From contig NMRA01000247.1 in NCBI GenBank assembly GCA_002633005.1, positions 193,401-257,400 of the forward strand: DNA of 64,000 bases. Reading direction: 5' to 3'. Numbering within the stretch: the stretch's first letter is position 1; the number at the start of each line of letters is the position of its first letter. The notes beneath the pieces were generated by a model. The model saw only the letters and a program-made list of their open reading frames with translations, was not told where the DNA came from and ran no database searches. Shown in pieces: positions 50,501 to 62,500 of this stretch. Source of the DNA: Phoronis australis (Eukaryota; Animalia; Phoronida). The translations under genes and the position numbers were made by a program.

Positions 50501-53500
50501 ATTAAGAAGGATTCAGTCAATTACAAGCATGTTTTGTACTGTGCAGATATTATAAAAGAACATTTGGGTAAGTCTCCATTAGTTGATGCAAGGTAAGCAA
50601 TTTTTAAAAATTGAAAACTGACAACTTTGGCAATTATTATTTTTGGGCAAAATAAGTGGAGAGTTACCGTACTAAACAAGAAATGTTTGTAATGAGCGAA
50701 TGTGCATCATGAAACAACGACATCAAAGACCGCAAGACAATGTACACGTCTGTATCCCAGGTTAGAATCACAACTCAGCTTTCAAGAGCATTGTTATAAA
50801 ATAAAATAAAAAATGCAGAAAGCTAACAATTTTTAGTATAAGAAATAAAAACCTCATCCATTACTCACTTGCCAGGCCAGTGGTCATCGTCATAGCGCAT
50901 GTAGTGGGGTACAGGAGATGGCGCCCCCAGGCTGCGCCACTTGGGTGCCCAGTGCTTCATGGGATAGATGCCAGCATCACGAGGTCGCCAGACAATGACA
51001 GCAATGACAACAGCCAGAACACATACAGCAAGGAACACCAGCATACCTAGACAGAACAGGGTGTAGTCTCCATAAAAACAATGCAGTTGTATTTAAATGT
51101 ACCAAATCAAGGCAAACTAGATGATTTTCCACACAAGAATTCTAGAAAATCCAGAGCACATCCACATCTTGCCATTTTTCAGTGAAAACACATAACATTC
51201 AATTTGGTTTGACACCACGGTAAAGCAAAATTCCCTAGTGCAGTAATATCAGTAGCCAGTAAAAAACAGTACGATTTTTCCTGGAGGTATTAGTTATGCT
51301 TTTTTAAAGCAGTGACGCACATGGTAGACCCGACTGGTTATATTATTAATCCTTTGAGACCTTATAATGTCACACATCAGCTTACCTATGATGAGGCCCC
51401 AGTCAGGTTCCTCATTAAGGCTCTCATTCTTCTGGACGCCAATGGCAACCAGATTATTGGAAGAAGATGACTTAACCCGTGACTCAGCAGCAGAGCATGT
51501 GGCACCGGCAGGCTTGACAACAATTATGGCTTCTCTGAAATGTGTAGCAAGAAGGGTTACTTATTAAACCTGACAAACAGCAACTAGCCACTCCCTCTAG
51601 TATGTGTGCACAAAACAAGTCCATTCAACCCTGGTAATGACAGCCATGTTGCTTAAAATCAATTACAATTTGAGTATTGTACAAGTTGAGGCCAATTGTA
51701 CAGCATAAAGTGGTAAGATAAGAAAATCACTAAATGTGCACCAACTGGAGCTTTAATTAAGGTCTGCAATTTGAACACCATGAAACTCAAAAAAATACAA
51801 AAAAAAAATTTATTGCCACAGAACAGCAGAATTTGGTCTATTAAATTACTTTAACCAACGGCAGTTTTTCACGGAAAATTTCATGGTCTCTTATATGATA
51901 ATTGCTCTCACATCTTTGAGATATAACAGCAGAACAACACAAGAAGTGCATGTGAAACCACAAGTCAGTTGCAACAGATCAAACGTTGCTCATAGAACAT
52001 ATAATAATCAACAAAGACTGTGTTTCATGGACTAAACTTTTATAAAAGTGATTGCAGACATTATGAGAGATGATGAGATAATGGAAGGTGGCAAAGATAC
52101 AGTAAGATAACAAAACCTACCTTGCCACTGACTGGCTATCAGCAAACACATTCGTGCCCGCCTCTGTAAACACGTGTAGGAAGGAATTGACAGACACATT
52201 AGTACTCTCAATGTAGAAAGCCAGCTGCTTGAATGGGCCGTAGTCAAAGGATGGGTTGGAGTTGTACAGGTGATTTTTGACGTAGACTGGGTAATTACTG
52301 AGTGATCGGTTAGCCTCGTTCACGGTCACGCGGAACAGAATCTGATCATTGATCTCGAGGCAGATGAGAGGATTGGGCACCTCTGGGGCACCATCAGAAA
52401 CGGTGGCAGTGGCAAGCAGACGACGGCGAACATTGTTGGCAGAAGATGCAATCTCATTCAATGGTGCTGGAAAAATAAATGATTATAGAGTGAACTGTGA
52501 GTTTACAGTCATTATTAGGTTGGCCTGATCAGAAACTGAGCCAAAGAAGCACAATACACTCAAGAGTCTAAAATGGAACTAAGCTCTTTAAACAATTACA
52601 GACAGCTAAATAGGACACTACTGTTATAGCAATAACACTTTTTACATACATATTTATTACAATTGATAAAAAGTACATCCATTCATAAATGCATACACAC
52701 CTCAGGAAAGACAATTCTCCTATACAGTAAACAACTGCTACATGGAGTTAACAAAGACAACAAAATTTTCCCATTTCCCAGAAAAGCCCTCATAGACAAA
52801 ATTTTTATACCCAATTAATTTTTCAGCATTATAGCATTCATGAGTATATGTAACAAACGTGGGAATACGAGGTATATTTTTGTGACATCTCTCCTTAGCT
52901 TGTTAATGTACTGTTTGGCTACTAATAGCAAAATGTTAAGTAGAAAATTATGTGCCTCATAAAGACAAAGAAACAATAACAATTGACAGAAGGAAGAGCC
53001 AGACAATGCTCTAACTCACTGTTGAGTGATGCCGCCTGACTAGCATCGGTTGTAGCCACTCGACCAGTCACTCGGTCGCTCCAGTAGTTTAGAACAATAG
53101 TCTTCTTGGCTGCAGGTGCAGTGGGTTCTGGGCCAATCACATTGGTTAAAGTCTGAAACATTAAGTATTATCCTAAGCATGGTCGGTACTGTGGAGTAAC
53201 ATGTGAACAATGAACATCAAGTATTATCCTCACCATGGTTGGTACTGTGGAGTAACATGTGAACAATGAACAATAAGTATTATCCTCACCATGGTTGGTA
53301 CTGTGGAGTAACATGTGAACAATGAACAATAAGTATTATCCTCACCATGGTTGGTACTGTGGAGTAACATGTGAACAATGAACATTAAGTATTATCCTCA
53401 CTATGGTTGGTACTGTGGAGTAACATGTGAACAATGAACATTGGTCATCATGGTGAACATGGGGAAACAGAAAATCATTGTGGGAAATTGGTGAATAAAT

Positions 53501-56500
53501 ATTAAAAAATAATATAAAAACGACTTATTCAACTTATAATTAAGAAAACATTGACATCGTTTAAGTTTGTAGTGCAAAACATTTCAACTTCAGAATTGCT
53601 CCAGTCTCATTTGCTTGAATGCATTCAGTGTCTCCTGCTTCCTCATTTTGAAATAACAAAACATTGAACGTGATTAACTATGAGGCAGAGAAATGAAGGT
53701 TAAATCTGCATTGTGTGACACAAATATGTTAAAATACATATTTTTAGCCTTCAAGCCTTTAGCCTTGCAAAAACACTTAATTGGCATAGCAACCTCAATA
53801 TGTGCTACACAGACAACAGTGAAACAGTTCCCAAATAAAATATCATACCTCACTATCAGTTTAGTGGCAAGTTGTTCCTAATGCCCACAATGTAAGCACC
53901 ATCAAAACCATTCACCAAAACTCATGAGTACACTCACCACTGTCTGTATATTTCCCGACGAGTCAGTTGAGGTTAATCCCACACTTCCATCGCTACCTCT
54001 TTCCACTTTAATCGTCATGTCTTTTTTACGGCACTCTGCATCACATACCTCGGCAGCAGTCACGTACTGGTTACATTTACACCTGAGGAGCAAATGATCA
54101 TTACCACTGAGGAAGCTTTCACCAGAACATTGTAGTAAAATGGATCATTGATGAAAAAGAGTTTCACTCATAAGTAAAGCGAAACACAAGTCAATTGCTT
54201 TATCATTAGATTTTCCGATAACAATTACAGACTGTGTGACTGCTGATCAAAGAAATTTATCTTACAAAGAGACAAATATAAATTAAAAAAAATATCAAAA
54301 ACCTGCTTACCGATCATCCTCAAACGTTCCACCTCCATTGGGGCATTGTTCATCGCAGTTGACCTCTGACGGTCTGATACACTTCCTATCACTGGCACGC
54401 CGTACCTGACCACTGGAACATTTCTCGTCCACACGCTTCTGACAGTCACCACTGCCATCGCCGGCATCGGCGACCTCATTAAGCTCGTTGTAGTACACAT
54501 ACCCATCTTGGCACTCGCATGATCCATCCGATGGCTGGAAGTTACGGAATTTCCCGATGCACTTACAAGTGGCGGCACCTTTACCTGATGTTGATGAGCT
54601 GCCACACACTTTACACTTGGTCTGACCCTCAGTATTGGTGTATAAACCAGAAGGACATTCCAAACATTGCTCCAGCTGGAACTTCTGAGTTCCGCTGCCG
54701 TAAGTTCCTGGTTTGCATGCTGTCGGTCCCACTGAGCCCTCAGGACAGTAGTAACCATTAGGGCAGGAGACGGGGTCGGGACGGCCCCCTGGGCAGTAGA
54801 AGCCCTTTGGACATAGCTTGCAAGTCTCACCTGTCAGAGAGTCTCCATAGTAACCAGCTGGACATAACTCACACGATTCACTCTTTGAGGTCCTGTTTCC
54901 AGCATGAATTAATGCTTTATAACCGAGATCACAGAAGTATAGACGATCCACACCTTCCGGGCAGTAATATGGGTAGTTGCATGGCATTGGGTTGATGGTG
55001 CCATTTGGACAGTAGTACCCAGCAGGACAAACATAAGGTGATCCTGTTGTCGGTGTTGGGCAGTAATGGCTGCCTCTACACTCGCTTGGACGGACGGAGC
55101 CTTCCGGACATTCATATCCTTTACCATCTGGACAGGCAGCGCCACATGGTGATCCATGTGTGTTCTCAGTGTCATTCTCACAGAAATATCCTGGACGACA
55201 CAGCGGACAGTCATCAGGCATCGCCGCTCCAGGGTCAGGTCGCATGCGGCCAGCAGGACACAGAACGGGATCAGAGCCATTAAGACAGTAGTATGCTGGT
55301 GGACAGGGGGAGTCGGTGTAGTTCACCATCTTGGTGTTGTTGCACCAATAACCACCAGGACAAATGTGACAGTCAGAGAGGAATTCTGCCCCCACAGTGT
55401 CCCTGTAGGTCAGACGTGGACACTCAGTGGGTCCTACACCTTCCTCACAATAATGGCCCTCAGGGCATGGGTGCTTGATGGCATCACCTGTAAAAATGTC
55501 AATAATTCAAACTACTAAACAGCATGATGGTGATCAGTGTTTGAAGATAAGCTTCCATGGAATAGCACTCCAATCTGATAACATATAATAATGTTTTCAG
55601 CAGCCAATGTGACAGTACAATGGAAATTTCTTTTACCTATTATCAAAGCAAGACTTCCAAGCAAAACAAATATTGACTTGGGACCCAAATGTCACCTCGT
55701 TGTGCAGGTGAGTACTTTTTCGCACATTGAAAATGTCTAGACAATAATAACCAGTTATGGTGAGTATGGGCATAAGTTGGAAGTTTTTTGCACAGAAGTT
55801 GCTCGTTGTCAGCCAGAGAGCAAATATAAGACCTCAAACTCCCTTTTGTTCAGGACAAAGTTTCCTGTTAATCAAACCCAGCAATAACCTATGACTCACC
55901 CTCCTTGCACCAGTAACCCCCAGGACACAATGCACAGTCTGATGCTTGGCTTCCACCCGGGGTTTCCCTAAGTCTGTGCTCCGGACAAGCCACAGGATCC
56001 GTCGTTCCTTCCGGACAGAAGAAGCCCGCTGGACAAGGTCCAGCGCACACTGTTCGCGCAGGACATGGGTCAATGTCAGGATTAGAAGGGGGTGGGTTTC
56101 CCTGGGGTGTGTAGCTGTCTGAGCCTGATAGACAAAAGTATCCTTGAGAGCAGTTGCCTCTTAGCTCACCTCCACTAAAAACATAAATAAACAGGCAGTT
56201 AATAAAAGCACCATCCATTGTGGACTTCACATGAAGCCGTTGACTACAGTAATGACAAATCCAATACAAAAATTCCCCTCGAAAGATAACAACTCTCTTC
56301 GAGGTTAGAATCAATTACAAAAATGAAGAAGTCGGCATGAGAAAGCTTTATTAACTGAAGAATCGACACGTAAACATCGCGCTTTGCAGTTGGAATCAGG
56401 ATCTGATCACATAGTGTTAACTGGTTTATTTCTTGACACATCCACTATTTAAGCAAATCCAGTTCAAAGACAAATCACAAGAACTGACGAGTGGTTAATT

Positions 56501-59500
56501 TTAAGTGGAAGGAAGGGTGTAAAACTGATGACCAGGGGTATTTTCCCCGATTCAAAAAGACCCCCTATTAGAATGCGTAGGCACCTGTATCATGACAAAC
56601 TGCATCACTAGCAATGTAAGCCCACACTGGCATGTATTATCTCACTGATACGGGCACAAAAACCAATGCGTAAAATTGTTCTCTTCCCAGCAGTTTTGAT
56701 GCTAGAGCGTATAGTCAGTGACAAGTCTTGTGAGTCTAGCACATGGGTTGTCGTGGTGACTCTCTGTTCACGCCATATAGAATCTCATGATGGTACTTGT
56801 CATTATTACTGTGACAACTCTATGAAATCAAGTGCCCAGATGTCGCGGCTGGTAAATGTACAGCAACGCATGTTGAAGTGTTCACTTATTAGCATAAACA
56901 AGTTGAGCAAATAAAACAACTGGGATCTTCAGAAAAAGTTGCAAAATGTGTGTTAAGAAAGAAATGCCATGTTACAGAAAAGCCAGCATCAAACACTGGA
57001 TTTAAGACCTCACCTGCAGTACATTCCATTCAGACACATGAGGCACTGTATAGCACTCTCTAGCCTTGTCATGTTATCAAAGGTGAAGGTACCATTAGGA
57101 CACTTGGTTGGGTACTGACTACCCTCTGGACAGTAGTGGTATGACGGGCAGTCTTTGGGCTCTGGGTCATCAATACTGCGACAGAAGTAGCCAGCAGGAC
57201 ACTTGTTACAGGAAGCTTGACCAATGGTGTCCTGACTCTGGCCAGGTGGACACACAAGAGGATTGGCACTGCCCTGTGGGCAGTAGTGGCCAACTGGACA
57301 CAGGAAGCTAGCAGGCGTGGCTGAGGTGGCTGTGTAGTTGGAAGGACAGTAATATCCAGCAGCGCAAGGACCTGATGGTTGGCTCAGGCCTGCTATGGCA
57401 CAGTAGTAACCACCAGTACAGGGCAGACAATCACTCTTGGAACTGGCACCTAAAAGAGGGAAAATAGTGTTAAATTTTATTCATAAAAACAACTACGGTT
57501 TTAAATCAACTTGACATATTTTGGTGTCATTTATTCAAACATCATAATCAGAAGAGAGAATATAGTGTCGCTGGGCCTAGCTAGGTGGCCACTATATTCT
57601 CTCTTCTGATGATGGTGTTTGAATACATGATACCGAAACATGTCAAGTTGTTTTAAAACTGTAGTTTTTATTAATATATGCTCCTACTTGCTATCATGGA
57701 GAGTGTTCAATTTGTCTACAGGAAATAACAAATGAATGCGAATTTCACTAAGTATGGAAAATTTTATATTATTACAATTCATAGTTCTTGGAAAGGTGGC
57801 AGACAGTCTAAAAGTTTAACGATATCATATCTCTGAAGCACACTAAATGCAAAAACACAATATTCTACTTGATGAATACATTTTATTATCAAATGTAAAC
57901 AAACATTTCAATCAACTTGAAATAATCTTGCAGTTTTGGAAAGAAGCTGAGCAATTCAAACATAACTTATCCTCAAAAACTCACCAGTGACATTTCTCAT
58001 TGTACCAGGAGGGCATTTCTGAGGGGTCGGTGTGCCCATAGGACAATAGTTACCAGCTGGGCAGGGTCCATTCTGGGGATACTTGACAGAGGGGCCGGGC
58101 GTGGCACTATCAGCTCCACCTTCGCAGTAATAGCCAGCAGAGCAGGGACCTGACAAAAATGACAAACACTAACTGACAAGGTCTTCCTTGAAAATTAACC
58201 AATGTGGCAGAGGGCGCCACCAGAATACAAAGTCATAGGAGGAAACCTGACTATTGTAAAACACAGATGGTGGAATTTAATGATGACTCTATTGTATGTA
58301 TACACAACGTTGGGCTATACAAGTTGATTACTCTATTTTACAGAAAAAATCAGCTGTTTTTGTTACAGCTGACAACCATAAAGTATTAAAATAACTCAAT
58401 ATTGCCATCAGTCTGGTGAGTGCTGTTCCATTGCTTGTGCTCTGCGTCTTTTTGTGACAAATTTTCCACCACATTGCATGCTACAGTAAACTGAATAATA
58501 TTCATCATAGTCATGCACATTTACAGACTCCAATCTTCTTTTTCATAACAATGCCACATATTTTGAATGCAAATTTTTAAACTCATTGAGTGTTGTCTTT
58601 TAAGCAATTACCAAAGTCGAAGTACCATTATGCAACTGTAAATAAACTCAGTAAAAATGAAAAAATGTTACCCAAAAGAGTATGGTACTTTACACTGGAC
58701 ATCATAACAGTGTTTTCGAAAAATTCTGAGCGAAACCCATTTTCAGGGGCTAAACACATTGCTTCTTGACTACAGAATCTTAGCATTATGTCAGGGACTG
58801 ACCTTCAACAAAATGCAACAAGCTTACAGGCATGCCACTCACCTGTGGGTATCACATTGCCAGGCCCAAGACAATACTGGCCTACAGAGCAGTCAGTGCA
58901 CTCAGTGACCTTACCAAGTCCAGTGATGTTGTTAAATGTGCCACCAGGGCACGCCAGCGGGTTGACACCAGCTGGGCAGTAGTAACCTGAATAAAAGATT
59001 TAATAATAAGTCCAAGAGTTAGATTTATTTCCAGGATATATATTGTATTAACTGACATTGGTTAAATCGAAAATTTCAGCAACATTGGCTTCTCAGATTG
59101 TTCTAGTAAGACTGGTAGAGCTCTTTTGTAGGAAAATTGTATGGCCGACTGCATCCCCTGCTTTGCCATGAGTAAGCTTTAAAAGATATAGTATGAGGCA
59201 AGCTCCCCTTCATTGACAGTTTGTATACTAGGAAGTCATGTCCCTTCCAACAAGGTACCCTAGGACAACTTGCCCTAAAGCAACATGCCCCACTGGTGTT
59301 ACCCGGGTGCCAACCACATGGAGCTAGGAAAAATGGTGGTTGACTATTTGCATGCTCCTTGTCATTTTTTAAGATTTCTCTGTCTTGCAGGTGCGTAATG
59401 CCAGTAGAAGACAGTTAATAATGTGTTAATATTAGATGAAACTGCTCAGTAGCACAGCTGGTTATAACATTCGTCTTGTCAGTAGGTTTGTGACCACAGT

Positions 59501-62500
59501 GCGACTTGCACTAGGGCCCGTTATCCAAGACCATGTTACCCTACCTCCATAAAATGAGGCAAATTTTAGCCCATGTGCTAATACCATCCGCACTACCAAT
59601 GAAATTAGCAGCAACTCTTTACAAGTGTAACTTGTTTTAGAGCAACTCGTAATACAGCAAGCACTTAAGAGACACCTGGTGATGACTGAGCTGATAAACA
59701 ATGAATATTACAACGGCTTTCAATACGACACCCTGCTTACATTTTCACCGTGTACCTAGACATGCAAAACAATCCCACAAGAACTATCATTATGATTTTT
59801 CTAAACTTTGTTTTTGTGTTTTTGAAAGAACTTCCACCTTTTTCCATGAGGAGACATTTTTGAAATACCTCTAATTTAAAAGAGACTGTAATTGGAAACT
59901 TCAGGAAAACCAATTAACATTGATTCATCATTTACACAATAGCAAAGTCTTATCACACACTTTCTGACAGTGTTGTTGGCAGCAAGACATTCTTCAAACT
60001 GAACAACAAACAGCTAGTAAAGATTACAATCTGATAAATATAAGCAACCCTTGTTTAAATGATGAAAGAACATTCTCATAAAAACCTGATGAAAAAAAGA
60101 AAGACACACCTTGCTTGCATGCAACTGGATTGGTCATGTTTGTCTCATGACACATGGAGGCTGCTGGACACATGGTGCAATTTGATTGGCCCTCATCAGA
60201 TTGGTAGTAGCCAATGGGACAGCCGATTTCAGTTCCAGTTCCTTCTGGACACATGTGACCTCGAGGACATTTGTAGCCCATGTGCTCAGTACCCGGAAAA
60301 CCTGGCTGAGCTGTGTTACTCCCACCAACGCACACATAACTGGAAAGACCAAGGTCCATCACTTAAATTACACATTACAAATGACTGCAGTCAGTCTGAT
60401 ATATCTAGTCTTACATAAGATATAGTCTGAAAGCACTCCAGAAATTTTCTTAGTAATTCAGCACCTTAGTAAGTAAATGCATGAAATTCTGGAAGATGCT
60501 AGTGGAGATGAGTTCAATGTTAAAAGCAATTTATGTTTTGTAGGAAGTTACACTCCTCTGTCTCAGTTAAAGGAGCACAGACCCAGATGGCAGCACCAGT
60601 GGTATCCACACGAAACAATCGACAAGTAAGTAGGTGTGCAGCAAGCACTGAATACATTCTTATCCAACATCAAGAAGATAATTACTTAATGCTGGTTTTG
60701 GTTACGCATAGTCTCAGCTCCAGAGGGATTTTGACTACGATACATAACAAACTAACACAACATGCAGTTAAAGTTAAGGACCACATTATTTGTCAACCAA
60801 TTTCACAAATTCTATTCACATGCAAATCAAAATACCTTTAACTTAATTACTCTAAACAGGGCAAAAATGAATTCAAATGAACAAATCAGTACAAAACAAA
60901 CTATAATAATTCAGACCACAAAAACAAATTTTAAATTCTAGAATCAAATCAAACACAATAACATATTCGTTTTTTTTAATTTAATTGTGCATGATATTAC
61001 ATAACATAAAAACTCTTAAATTTAACAATAATGGTTTGTTTCAAAAACATAATTCGAAAATATATATATCAAACACTCATTCTGCCCTCTTACCCAGGAA
61101 AACAATGAGTGCAAGCTTTGCTGCAAGGACAAAATTGCCAATATAATTTGAAAATATTACCCATTAAATATGACCAGATGCAATATTATAAAATAATTAA
61201 CTAATTCTTTATTAAAACAGTTGACAAATGACTTCACATTCAAAAGTCAATCCAAAAAGAAACATACTTCATTATATGCTTTCTTTCTTCCCTTGTAACT
61301 AATGACATTCAGCATGGTTTATGCAACTACCTAACAGGTATGTCTTAAGAAGGAGGTGCGTGTGGAAGACACGTTCACAGGTGGACAGTAATGTTAGTAT
61401 TAATAACATTAAAATCTCATCAATATATGACAAAAATAGTTGCAAAAATTGCCCATTTTTCATTACAGGTTTATTACACAAAAATACAAGTTTTGTAATG
61501 TGCAACTTTAACTCACCCCTCACTGCATGGTTTCTTGAGATCCACATTGGTCAAAGCCAGAATGTCGCAGTAGTGACCAGGTGGACACAGGCTACATTCC
61601 GACTCGGCCGTTAAGCCAGCATTATTGGAGAATTTACCCCTAGGGCAGGGGTCGGGGTATACTGAACCATTGGTACAATAATACCCTAAGGGGCAACGGC
61701 TATTTCCTGTGAATGAGGCACTGTTGCTTGCATTTATCTGTAAAATGATGATATGAAATATGAGGGACAAACATAAAACAATCTACTAAGAAATAGTTGA
61801 ATCAAGATGGACACAATACACAGAATGAAGTGTCTGTAATAAGCTACAATTTCACTATTTTTGGACAAAAATGATACTGTTTTGACTCTTTAAGCCGAGC
61901 TTTTTACATTGTTGTGAACAGCTATACTTTTTCAAGATAGATGGTATGCATCATTCAGAGCTTGAACAAAGCAAACCATTTATTTGGTGTTACATATCTT
62001 TTCTGGAGAAATGAGAAAACATAAGTTTCACTTGTTGGCCATATTGTGTCCATAATTGGTGAGACTTTACCATACAACTGATTACAGTAAAGTATTTCTA
62101 AGCAGTAAAATGGTGAAAAGTGCGAGAAACAATTTAACAAAAAAGGAAACAATTCTAATTTCTTGAAACAAAATCTTACCAAATGGTTCACAGGTGTTGG
62201 TGAGATGGCACCACCAGTGCAGTAGTGGCCAGCGTAACATTCTCCAGTAGGTGTTGACAGGCCCTCAGTTTCACAGTACTTTCCAGCTTCACAAGGCAAA
62301 CAGTCGGCCTCTTTTTCATATTTCTCAGCAGGAGCGTAAGTCCCCGCCGGACATGGGAAGGATGTAGCCAGACCAGTAGCAAGGGGACAGTAGTGACCCA
62401 CTGGACACGGTGCGGGGTTGACCACAGGCTGGCCTGAAAAAGCACATTATGTTGTCACCACAATACTAGATCATAGGTAAAACAAGATATGATTTTTTAA

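Noticed and set aside
53157-53442. Regular repeats suggesting a CRISPR array
   Set aside because: Units are contiguous with no unique spacers and the context is a eukaryotic intron; it is a minisatellite.
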